Below, in pieces: positions 47,141 through 62,068 of a stretch of DNA of 64,000 nucleotides. The notes beneath the pieces were generated by a model that saw nothing but the letters and a program-made list of their open reading frames with translations, was not told the origin of the DNA and did no database searches. The position numbers were made by a program, and so were the translations under genes. Origin of the DNA: the human T2T-CHM13v2.0 reference genome, Homo sapiens; NCBI RefSeq assembly GCF_009914755.1, contig NC_060936.1. The stretch is one strand, 5' to 3'. Within the stretch, counting starts at the first letter, position 1, and every line of letters starts with the position of its first letter.

Positions 47141-47790
47141 TGCTATGGACTAAGGTATATCCCCTCAAAATTCTTATGTAGAAGCTTTAATCCCCAATGT
47201 GACTATATTTGAAGAGAGGATCTGCAAGAGGTAATTAGGGTTACATGAGTTTATAAAAGTGGCATCATAATCTGAAAGAACTGGTGGTCTTATAAGAAAG
47301 AACTGGTGGCTCTTCTTATAAGGCTCACACCTGTAATCCCAACACTTTGGGAGGCTGAGGTGGGACGATCGCTTGAGGCCATGAGTTAAGGACTAGCCTG
47401 GGCAACATAGCAAGACCCCATCTCTAAAAATGAAAATAGCTGTGTGTGGTGGTACAAGCTGGTAGTCCTAGCTATTCAGGAGGCTGAAGTGGGAGTATTG
47501 TTTGAGTCCAGGAGGTCAGGGCTGTAGTGAGCTATGATTATGCCACTGTACTCCAGCCTGGGTGACAGAGACCTTGTCTCAAAATAGCAAAACAAAACAA
47601 AAAGGAAGTCTCTCAGTGTGCACTCACATGAAAGGCCATGTGACATGTGAGGACAAAGTGACCATCTATATGCCTGAAAGAGGAGGACCCTTCACCAGAA
47701 ATCAGACATGCCAGAACCTTGATTTTGGACTCTGTTGTGTAAGCTACTCAGTTTGTAGTATTTTGTTATGGCACCTTGAACACTAATACA
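47141..47790 (+). mobile_element. MaLR (MLT1/MST-type) LTR interrupted by a 5'-truncated Alu (~47322-47600)
   Basis: TGCTATGGACT...CCCCTCAAAATTCTTATGT start; GTATTTTGTTATGGCA...CTAATACA end. Confidence 0.8.
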
Positions 47791-48481
47791 ATCATCACCA
47801 TCATCATTATCATCATCATCAGTATCATCATCATCATCGTCATCATCACCATCATCATGAACATCGCCATTGCCATCATCACCACTATCATCACCACCCC
47901 CATCATCACAACTCCCATTATCACCAGCCCCATTATCACCAGCCCCATTATCATCACCACCACCATCACCACCACCATCACCATCACCATCACCACCACC
48001 ACCATCACCACCACCACCATCACCACCATCACCACCACCATCACCATCACCACCATCACCACCACCATCACCATCACCACCATCATCACCACCCCCATTA
48101 TCACCACCCCCATTATTACCACCACCACCATCACCACCCCCATTATCACCACCCTATCAACACCACCACCACCACCCCCATCACCACCACCACCACCACC
48201 ATCACCATCACCACCACCACCACCACCATTACCACCATCACCACCACCATCACCATCACTACCATCATCACCACCACCACCACCACCACCATCACCACCA
48301 CCACCACCACCAGCACCATCACCACCACCATCACCACCACCACCACCACCATCACCACCACCATCACCACCACCACCACCATCACCACCACCATCACCAT
48401 CAGCATCACCACCACCACCACCACCATTACCACCCCCATTATCACCACCCTGATTATCAACACCACCACCATCACCATCAT
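47791..48481. repeat. (CAC/CAT)n tract 2, ~690 bp
   Basis: Seen directly; explains the poly-His/Pro/Thr/Val ORFs. Confidence 0.96.
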
Positions 48482-48484
48482 AAT

Positions 48485-48715
48485 TGTTACAGGGTGGATT
48501 CCCCAGGAACTTGATCCTGAGATGGAGATTAGCAGGGAGGTGTTTAGTTGGGAATGTTCCTGGGATCAGCACCTATGGAAGGGGGTTAAGAAACCAGGAT
48601 TGGGCAGAGGGAGGAGACAGGATGCAGTGTAGTCCCAACAAAGGCTTCGGTCAACACCATGGGGAGCTCTAACTCAGATGGTCCCTCCAAGTTGTCCTGC
48701 ACTGGGGCCTCTATC
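48485..48715. mobile_element. ERVL-type LTR fragment
   Basis: GGATTCCCCAGGAA...CCTGAGATGGAGATTAGCA...GTTTAGTTGGGAATG...GGATTGGGCAGAGGGAG signature. Confidence 0.55.
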
Positions 48716-49851
48716 ACTTACAACCTATAAAGTTTATCACTCTATTGGGTTCAGGACATCATCTTCCCACTCTTTTTCCAAAGGAGATTTGCACTTTACA
48801 AGAGGAGGAGCTAAGGACAATGCTTACACCAACGAATAAACCACTGGAATTCCAGGCATCTGTTGGGCTCACTGGGGGCAAAGAGTTTGTGGGAGCTTCT
48901 CACACTGTTTCATTGGCCCTTCAACCCCAGAATCTTGCTCACTTTCCCACAATAGCAGGGCCCCTGGGGACCACCTCCCATCAAGGGGGTGTTCATCCAC
49001 TCTAACCCCCAATGACTCTGGACAGGGTAGCCCTTCTTCCTGGCAAAAACTGCTTGAGCAGTCACCAGGCTGTGAGTCTCCTCTTGTCTGTTCCCATCCT
49101 TTTTCTCCAAAGCTGACGCAGAGGACAAAATGCTGGTATGGGTAAGTCCCTCTCTGGCTGAGTTAACTGAGCCGAGGGCCTCAAGAGAGAGAGCCTGGGT
49201 CAAGGATGCCTGCACTGAGTGCCTGCAGGCAAGCACGGGCCTCTCTCACTTGTCCTTCTTGCTTGGACAACCCAAGGGGTTGTTTGCACGACTAAAGGAG
49301 ATCACATGGAGAAAGTGCCCAGCACAGCCACGCACACAGCAGATGCTTACGATGCTCATTTGCTTGCAAGACAGGCTCTTACCGTGGTGCAAGGGAAGGA
49401 GTCAGGAGGTGGGCAGTCTCCTGCTCAATGCTGAGCAACAGCCTTCCACCAAACCTCTCTCTTTGGCCTCCAAGACCTGACCTGACCGGGCTCTGCCCAC
49501 CTCTGTCCTCACTTAGCCCCCTCCTGTCTCAGCAGCCTCCCTGCTGTCCCTTAAATTCACCCAGCTCAATCCCATCTCAGGGCCTTTGCACTTGCTGGTC
49601 CCACAGCCTGGAGCCCTGTTCCCCGGAGCTTCACAAGGCTGCCCCCTCCATTCAGGTCTCATCTAAATGCCATCCCCCAATTAGGTTCCCGCAACCATCC
49701 AGCTAAATAGAGACACATGCCTAGTCACTATGCCATCACACTGTGCATTTCATTCACACCACAGATCACGCTGGATTTATCTGGCTCAGGGAGAGAGCAC
49801 CTCTGAGGGGTCACTGTTAAATTTCTGATGCCTGGGAGAGTAACTACATAA

Positions 49852-51603
49852 AATAACAACACAGGAGGTGCTCCTTACACAATAACAACACAGGAGGCGC
49901 TCCTCATACAATAACAACACAGGAGGCGCTCCTTATACAATAACAAAGGAGGTGCTCCTTATACAATAACACAGGAGATGCTCCTTATACAATAACACAG
50001 GAGATGCTCCTTATACAATAACACAGGAGATGCTCCTTATACAATAACACAGGAGGCGCTTCTTATGCAATAACAACACAGGAGGTGCTCCTTATACAAT
50101 AACACAGGAGGTGCTCCTTATACAAGAACACAGGAGATGCTCCTTATACAAGAACACAGGAGATGCTCCTTATACAATAACACAGGAGATGCTCCTTATA
50201 CAATAACACAGGAGATGCTCCTATACAATAACAGCACAGGAGGCATTCCTTATACAATAACACAGGAGATGCTCCTTATACAATAACACAGGAGATGCTC
50301 CTTATACAATAACACAGGAGATGCTCCTTATACAATAACACAGGAGGCGCTCCTTATACAATAACAACACAGGAGGTGCTCCTTATACAATAACACAGGA
50401 GGTGCTCCTTATACAATAACACAGGAGATGCTCCTTATACAATAACACAGGAGATGCTCCTTATACAATAACACAGGAGATGCTCCTTATACAATAACAC
50501 AGGAGATGCTCCTTATACAATAACAACACAGGAGATGTTCCTTATACAACAACACAGGAGGCGCTCCTTATACAATAACAACACAGGAGGTGCTCCTTAT
50601 ACAATAACACAGGAGATGCTCCTTATACAATAACACAGGAGATGCTCCTTATACAATAACACAGGAGATGCTCCTTATACAATAACACAGGAGATGCTCC
50701 TTATACAATAACACAGGAGATGCTCCTTATACAATAACACAGGAGATGCTCCTTATACAATAACACAGGAGATGCTCCTTATACAATAACACAGGAGGCG
50801 CTCCTTATACAATAACAACACAGGAGGTGCTCCTTATACAATAACACAGGAGGTGCTCCTTATACAATAACACAGGAGATGCTCCTTATACAATAACACA
50901 GGAGATGCTCCTTATACAATAACACAGGAGATGCTCCTTATACAATAACACAGGAGATGCTCCTTATACAATAACAACACAGGAGATGTTCCTTATACAA
51001 CAACACAGGAGGCGCTCCTTATACAATAACAACACAGGAGGTGCTCCTTATACAATAACACAGGAGATGCTCCTTATACAATAACACAGGAGATGCTCCT
51101 TATACAATAACACAGGAGATGCTCCTTATACAATAACACAGGAGATGCTCCTTATACAATAACACAGGAGAGGCTCCTTATACAATAACACAGGAGAGGC
51201 TCCTTATACAATAACACAGGAGGCACTCCTTATACAATAACACAGGAGATGCTCCTTATACAATAACACAGGAGGCGCTCCTTATACAATAACACAGGAG
51301 ATGCTCCTTATACAATAACACAGGAGATGCTCCTTATACAATAACAACACAGGAGGTGCTCCTTATACAATAACACAGGAGGCGCTCCTTATACAATAAC
51401 AACACAGGAGCTGCTCCTTATACAATAACACAGGAGATGCTCCTTATACAATAACACAGGAGGCGCTCCTTATACAATAACAACACAGGAGGTGCTCCTT
51501 ATACAATAATAATACAGGACATGCTCCTCACAGAATGACAGGGAGTGCTCCTAATACAATAACAGCACAGAGGGTGCTCCTTATACAATGGCAGCACAGG
51601 GAG
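49852..51603. repeat. Minisatellite/VNTR, 26-bp unit TACAATAACACAGGAGATGCTCCTTA (29-bp variant with extra AAC), roughly 65 copies
   Basis: Direct tandem repetition, degenerate at both ends; copy number estimated from length/unit. Confidence 0.97.
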
Positions 51604-52354
51604 CAGAGTAGAGAAGGGTGATGATGCTCCTGAAAGTCTCTTGTTTGCCCCAGGCCCTCAGCCATAGTCAGGGGCCTGGAGAAAGCTCAGAGGCAAGAGA
51701 TCCATTTCTAATTCCCTGGGCAAATCTCTCTCCCTCTCTGTATTCGCAGTTTTCTCTGCAAACCGAAGTGATTGCATGTGATGAACCATATTTCCTTCCA
51801 GCTCAAACGAAAAGATTCCACAGACTTGGATAACTTCTCATTTTAGCCAATAACCAGCTCACGCCAGAACATGATTCATCTCTGCTGATTCTGCCTAGCA
51901 ACCAGGCCTTCTCCCCACATCCCAGATCAACTCTCCCCCAAGAAAAATTCCTCGCCCACCACACACCCGCCCAGCCCCCAGTGTCCCGGAGAGGAATGCA
52001 AGGCTTCAAGATCCCCTCCTCGCCTGTCTGCCAGCAGCATTTTAACTCAACCTCAGAATGTCTCCGACTCTGTCTGGAACAACTGGGGGAAGCTGTGCCC
52101 CTCCTGGGATTAGCACAGGAAACAGCAGCAGAAGTGAGGCTGGTGAAAGCGCTGACCCAGCATGCGGAGATCATTTCTATTCTGATGCCTCACCCTCCTC
52201 TTCTGCTCCCTTCCTCAGGCCTCTTACAGTGTCTGCATTTGAGGGAGGGAGGAAGAGATGGGGCAAGTGAAAGAAAGGAAGGGAGGTTCCATGCTTGAGA
52301 CAAAACCAGCTTGTTCAGACTGCCTGAGGGTGTTTTTACCCAGTTTCCCACAGT

Positions 52355-53960
52355 GAGGAAAAAAACTGTATCATCATTTTAGTAGATTTGGGTAAACATT
52401 TGATCAGCTTCAATACCCATTTGTGACAAAATTTTGGCAATCTAGGAAGAGAAAAGAATGTCCTTAACTTGATACAGGACATTGACAAGAAAACTACAGC
52501 AAACACCTTGCCCACTGGCAAATCTTTGGAAGCATTCCCATTAAGATCAGGAACAAGGAAGGGTGCTCACAACTACCACCACCATGACCACTATCACCAC
52601 CTCCATTACCATCACCATCACCATGACTACCTACACCACCACCACCATCACCATTTCCACCAACATGATCACCACCACCACCATCACCATCACCACCACC
52701 ACCATCTCCACCACCACCATCACCACCACCACCACCACCATCACCACCTCCACCACCACCATCACCACCACCACCATCACCATCTCCACCACCACCATCA
52801 CCATCACCACCACCACCATCACCATCTCCACCACCACCATCACCATCACCACCACCACCATCAACATCTCCACCACCACCATGATCACCACCACCACCAC
52901 CATCAACATCTCCACCACCACCATGATCACCACCACCACTACCATCACCACCACCATCACCATCACCGTCTCCACAACCACCACCGTCTCCACCACCACC
53001 ATCACCACCACCACCACCACCATCTCCACCACCACCATCACCACCACCACCACTACCATCACCACCTCCACCACCACCACCACCATCTCCACCACCACCT
53101 CCACCACCACCTCCACCACCATGACCACCACCACCACCACCATCATCACATCATCACCACCATCACCATCTCCACCACCACCACCATCACTACCACCACA
53201 ACCACCATCACCACTACCACCATAACCACCATCACCACCACCTCCATCACCACCACCACCTCCTTCTCCATCTCCACTGCCACCACCTGTTTCGCCTTCA
53301 CCATCACCACCATAACTTCTACCATCACCACCACCTCCACCATTACCACCTCTACCACCATTATTACCACCACCTCTACCACCACATCCACCACCATCAC
53401 CATCATCATTGTGTCCACCAACATTACAACCATTTCCACTGTCACCACCTCCACCGCCACCATCACAACCACCTCCTTCTCCACATCCACCATCGCCTCC
53501 ACCACCACCACTTCCTTCACCATCATCTCACCACCACCTCCACCTTCACTATCACCTCTACCACCACCACCATTAACACCATTACCACAATGATCACCAT
53601 GACCACCTCTTCCACCATTACCACCTACACCACCACCACTATCACAACCACCATCTCCACCTCCACCTCTTCTCCACCCCTACTACCAAGACCTCTACCA
53701 TCACCACCACCTTCATCATCACCTCCACCATCACCACCTCCACAACCGCCACCATTACTATCTCCACCTCCACTACCACTGTCTCCCTCCCCTTCATCAT
53801 CACTACCTCCACCTCCACCACCACAACCAGCACTCTATTGAATTAGATGTTTTAGTGATTACAATAAGGCACATAAAAAAATAAATGAAGCGAAGAACAT
53901 AGAAAGGAAGTGATAAATCTTCTTTTCTGTGGATGCTTCGATCATCTACCTAGAGTTCAT
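52355..53960 (+). mobile_element. Old L1 ORF2 fragment split by (CAC)n tract 3 (L1 at ~52355-52570 and ~53830-53960)
   Basis: Translation LEAFPLRSGTRKG before the tract; after it CAATAAGGCA...AAATAAA...GAAAGGAAG...GATCATCTACCTAGA continues the L1 RT consensus. Confidence 0.7.
52568..53830. repeat. (CAC/CAT/CTC)n tract 3, ~1.26 kb
   Basis: Seen directly; recurring ~27-33 bp subunits CTCCACCACCACCATCACCATCACCACCACCAT. Confidence 0.96.
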
Positions 53961-54231
53961 TCTTGAATGAGCACTGGACAGAGTCAGGTGACCTGGACTA
54001 GAGACTGGCCTTGGCCATGACCTTTCTGGACAACTTGAGTCTCAGTTTCCCATCCATAGCTTGAGTGGAGGGACTAGAACAACTGTTTGCAAACTATGCT
54101 TCACTGAGCCTGAGGCCCCTATGGGGGCAAAGGGAAGTGAGCCTATCCCATCCCTTTCAAGGGTGTAGCTCTACTTTCATTTGACTTACATGTTAGGATT
54201 CCTTTATGTGAACAAAGGGTTCTGTGCCTCA

Positions 54232-55104
<873 letters not shown>

Positions 55105-55619
55105 TAGCATCCAAACACAAGTATTTCTGCAGGCAAGTTCCAGAAAAGAATTTCTGGGTCAAAGGGCAGCACATTTACAACACTAGGTGGATGCAGCCAT
55201 GTGACTCTCCAAGAAAGACATTTATCTCCATCACAGTCTGCTCCAAACCAGACAGCACAAAGAATCAGATCTGGACAAGGACGAGATGTTCTTATCTTAT
55301 GAGAGGTCATGGGAAGAATTCAAGAGTGTTTCTAACTGGCTCCTCAATAGCTGGCCCAGTCCTCCAGCCAGAGCTCTGCTGCAGGCCAGAATGTGGGGAA
55401 ACCGGCCTTTGGCCCACCCTGCTTGACTTAGGTTATATAGCAGAAAGAACTTCCAGAGAGTGAGGGGTTGTGAGATCATGGAGAAAGGACCAAAGGAACT
55501 AGGTTTCTCCCAGGAGTCTCTTAAAATAGGGGATGGGCAGAGGAGTTGATCTCTCTGGGATGGATTAAAGTGAGGAAAGAGTCCAGTTTCTCCTGAGACC
55601 TTGTGCAAGAATTGAGTGA

Positions 55620-55920
<301 letters not shown>

Positions 55921-58900
55921 GTTCTTTTTATTTAGGGAAAAATGCCATCCTGTATCTCCTTTTCCTGCAGCGCTAACCATAATACTGCCCTGGAACACAG
56001 GGTTTGGGACTCACCAGCTCCAGCACAAGCCTCATTCTTCCCTTCCTCTGTCCAGCTGTGGTCCAGAAAGGGCAAGCAACCTGCCCCAGGCGGCACAGCC
56101 AGGGAGGGGGCAGGGCCGGACCTCCACCCTGGGGCTCCCAACCGAGGCCCAGGACCTGCCCAAGGACCCCGCCCACCCCCCACCTCCATGTCGGATTCTG
56201 GAGAGCCCCAGGGCTGCGGGCCTGACTCCAGATTCCGTGGACACTCAGCACCTCCCGCATGCAGCGCCTGGAGCAGGAGTAAGAGTCTGAGTCCAGCAGG
56301 CCTGGCGTGGTCATGCACTAGCCACGAGCCCCCGGTCAGGCCACTTCAGCCGCCGTGGGCTTCCCGCGCTGTAAGATGGGGAAAAACAGCAGCCCGCTGG
56401 GTCATCCTTCGCGGGGCTAGGATGCTATGCGCCCCACCAGCTTGGGTTCTCCTCCCGCGCTGGGTGCGCGCATGCGCCGTTTGTGAGCAGACAAGAAGGG
56501 CTCAGACCAGCGGAGGCGTTTGTGGTCAAATCCTCCGGGCTGCTGCCGACTGAGCTGTGGGGCTACTCAGATGTTGGATACATTAGCCTTGGGCCCCATC
56601 CCCCATTCATTCATTCATGCATACATGCATGCATTCATTCATTCATGGGATTGCAGGCACAGTGGAGCACTGGTTAGTGCTACAGGGTCCAACAACCCCA
56701 AAAGGTTCAAAGCTGGGCGCAGGCACTTTCTGGCTGTATGACCTTGGGCAAGTCACTTCACCTCTCTGAGCTTCTGCACCTTCCTGTGTAGAAGGTGGAT
56801 AACAGCGGTGTTTCCCGCAGCTTTGTGAGGACCCGATGTATAGAAAGTGCTTAGTACCATGCCTGGTACACAGTGGTGCTCAAGAAGTGATAGAAATCCT
56901 AATGGTGAGATTTAAACACTGAGGAAGGACAGAGGTGGGAGGTATGGGGGTCGAGGGGGTTTCCCTGAGCTCCTCATATCACAGCCACCCCCCGGGGGCA
57001 GGAGCAGAGGAGATATCCAATGCCTTTGATGCCATGCATCCCCTCTGCTCCTCATTCGAGGGCCCAGCCTTGAAAAGGGCATAGCACTCCCTTCTCAACA
57101 TTTATTGAGCACCTACTGGGTGCCTAGCTCCACACTGGACTCTAAGCACCAGGGCTCGGAGGAGGAGCCACACAATCTCACAAATCAGAACTGCCCGAGG
57201 GAGGCAGCGTGCTCTTTAGAGCTTCCTGAGGGCAAGGGCAGCAGGGATCATTGGAACCACCCTTATTCCATCCTGGGCCCTGGGCCATGCACCCCACCAG
57301 CGTTTTCTCCTCGGGACCCCAACAGGGCAGGACCTGTGGGTTCGCAGGTGAAGCCCTGAGGCTCCAAAAGGAGGCCGAAGCTGCTCCACATCACAGCCTG
57401 GATGTGGAATTTGAAGGCTGGGATTTGAACCCAAGTCTTCTGGGAGGTGAGTCAGACGCCTTGCGCTCTTCCCCCACTGTGCCTGGAGAACGTTGCTACC
57501 TAGGGTCCATGCTGACAAGTTTATATAGATGGGAACATAACAGAGAGAAGGCGGAAGTTCCAGGTCACCCAGTCATTAGCCCAGCTGGGTCCCCCTTCTC
57601 CTTCCACCCAGAAATAGCCCTGGCGCCTGCCCCAGACCAGCCCTAGCCTCTGGGCTCCCCGACGCTTGTCACCAGTTACATCTCCAGCCACACTGGCCCA
57701 GACAACATCTAAGCCCTGGTTGTGGTCGCCGCACCCCAGAGGAAGACAGGGAACAGCTGAGGCATGACCCCTCACCTCACTGGGTGCACAGCCCCCGCAG
57801 AGGCATGCATGGATTGGAGGGCCTTTTTGCCACCCAGAGGGTAAAGGGAACCTGTCTCTTCTCCAGCCACATCCTTCGCCCCTCCCTGGGGTTTGCAGGT
57901 CTTCCCTGGCTCCTGGCCCTGCTCTGGCCTCTCCAACACTTCCACTGCCCTGCCCCCTATGAAAAGATGTTAAGACTGTAAAGTTTCAAGCATCTGAGAA
58001 TACTGATCTTATGATTCTGAAGCCTCTAAACTAGACCTGGAAAGAAAAGGTGACTCTAGAACAGCTGGATGTTTAGAGATAGAAGTTTCCCCCTTTCCCC
58101 TTCTGCGGGCATTGCACTTCACAGTTCACAGCTAACCACAGCTTACATTCCCACAGGCAGCCCATTCCAAGCACTTTAATAAATGAACTCAACTCTCACC
58201 CACACTCCAAGGTAGGTACCACCATTATTGCCATTTCACAGATCAGGAAACGCAGGCCTACAGGAGTTAAGTGATTTATCCAGGGGAGATAGTAGAACTA
58301 GGATTCCAGCCCAGGTCATCTGAAACCTGCACCCCTAACCACCATACACACTTCTGGGAACATTTGTAAAGTGCATCCATATTTCTTAGCCTCACTGTAT
58401 TCTGGGGGAAGAGGAGAGGCAGGGCAGGGGCTGTGGCCCCAGTGCCCTTCTACCTCCCTCTGCCCTTTGCTGTCTGTAATCTTTGACCCCTATGACCCCT
58501 GAAGGGGGAAGAAGAAGGATGCAGTCCCCATCCCTCCTCTTCCCCCTCCAGCTCTGCCAGTTGGGCCTGACTGCCCATACTCTAAGGGAGAGGCTGCAGG
58601 TGGTCACCCCCAAGCCTGGACTCTCCAGCCTTCCAGGGCACCCCAGGTGTCACTACAGGGCCCCAGTGGGTGGTAGACATCGCAGGGGCCTCAGTGGCCA
58701 GAGTGGATTTACCAGCAGGGCTGTTATTTGCTTTGCAGCTGCCACCATAAACCCTGGACGCCCCTGGGGAGAGGGAGCAGCTGCCGGGAAACCTCCCGGG
58801 CCCTGGAGCCGTCACCAAATCCCTGCTGCTATTTCTGAGCAGCCAAAGGAATCCTGAAATTAAAACCTTCTGAAAAAAATGGCAATTCCCCGTCCCACTC

Positions 58901-59349
58901 CAGACAGATGAAGATACTTCTCCCAAAATAGATGAAGAACCAAGGAGGAAACAGCGCAGAGCTGGACACAGCTCAAGACTTCCCACAAGAGACCTGATTC
59001 CTGCCCAGCTCTGCCCCACCCAAGCCCCTGTCTGGTCCTCACCTGCCCGACTATAAAATAAAGGGCTGGGATCCTCAACTTTAGTACATCAGAATCACCT
59101 GCAGAGCTGAAACAGCACTCAGGGGTCCCAGGTGATGCTGATGTCCTCTGAACCTTAGAAGTTTCCCTAAAGTCACTTTCAGCTCACACATCCCCACTCT
59201 TTAAGGTTTGATGCTCCAACTACTGGCTGTGTGATGTTGGATGAGTCACTTGACCCCTCTGAGTCTCCATTCTTCTCATCTGTATAATGGAGAGAAAGAA
59301 TGATCACCTCCTCTTGAAGGTTGTGAGGAAAAAATCAAATAACATTAGT

Positions 59350-60690
<1,341 letters not shown>

Positions 60691-61586
60691 TATTATTGGC
60701 AAAGCACCAGCCATGTGCATAATAGCCCTTTTACAAATGGCAGCTATTTCTGTTATTAATCACTGTAGCTGCGTCTAGATCATTCTTTGATTGATTTTCA
60801 TCTGTTCCACTAGAATACAGCTTCAGGTCTGTTGTGCTAACACTGTGTTCCCAATACCCGGCACATAGTAGGTGCTTATGAAATAGTTGTGGTTGCAAAT
60901 CGGAGAAGCTACGAACCTGCTACTTTCTCCTGGGCCACCTCACAACCCAGAGGGTTAATTAATCCCAACAGGAGCAGATTGGATGATTCTAGGCCTGTGT
61001 GAATGAGACACACAGGACAGGCGAGACACACAGGACAGGCATGACCCACAGTCAACACCCCCGGGAGAAGGAGGACAGAGGAGGTCGAAACAGGGATGCA
61101 GGACCTATGATGAAACTCACACCCCACTGCACCGATAGTGGAAGACTCGGCCTTTAGACCATAGATATGTTCTAAAATGAGGCAGCTGAAGAGCCTTGAG
61201 GAACTAGACAGACCTGGGTTCGAATCCCAGCTTCGCCGGGCTGTGCGACCTCAAGCAAGTCACTGCAACTCTCTGAGCCTCAGTTTCTTCATCTGTGCAA
61301 TGCGGGTACTGACATTGCTCAGCTCTCTGTGGGGAATGAAGTGAGGGTTAAATATGGTTATGGATATATGGTTATGGATGTATGGTACACTGATTCATAT
61401 GCCCTCCTTCAGCCTTACACACTTGTACATGCACACACACGGAACCCCTACTGTGTGCCAGGAACCATGCCAAGCGCTAGAGAGGCAGTGGTGGGCCAAC
61501 CCCCAGGCTTCTCTCCTTGTGGACTTTGCATCTTAAGTGACAATTGCTCAGCTGTATCCTCAGAGAATCTGATGTCATTGGTCTAG

Positions 61587-62068
<482 letters not shown>

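Noticed and set aside
49852-51603. CRISPR array (short palindromic repeats at regular spacing)
   Set aside because: No unique spacers, since the linker is itself repeated; no cas genes; human genomic context. It is a minisatellite.
46828-53841. Long poly-His/Thr/Pro/Val/Gly ORFs (e.g. 52469..53593, 47766..48572) as novel or mucin/extensin-like proteins
   Set aside because: CAC/CAT triplet repeats lack stops in most frames, so long ORFs are expected. No promoter, splice structure or non-repetitive domain supports them.
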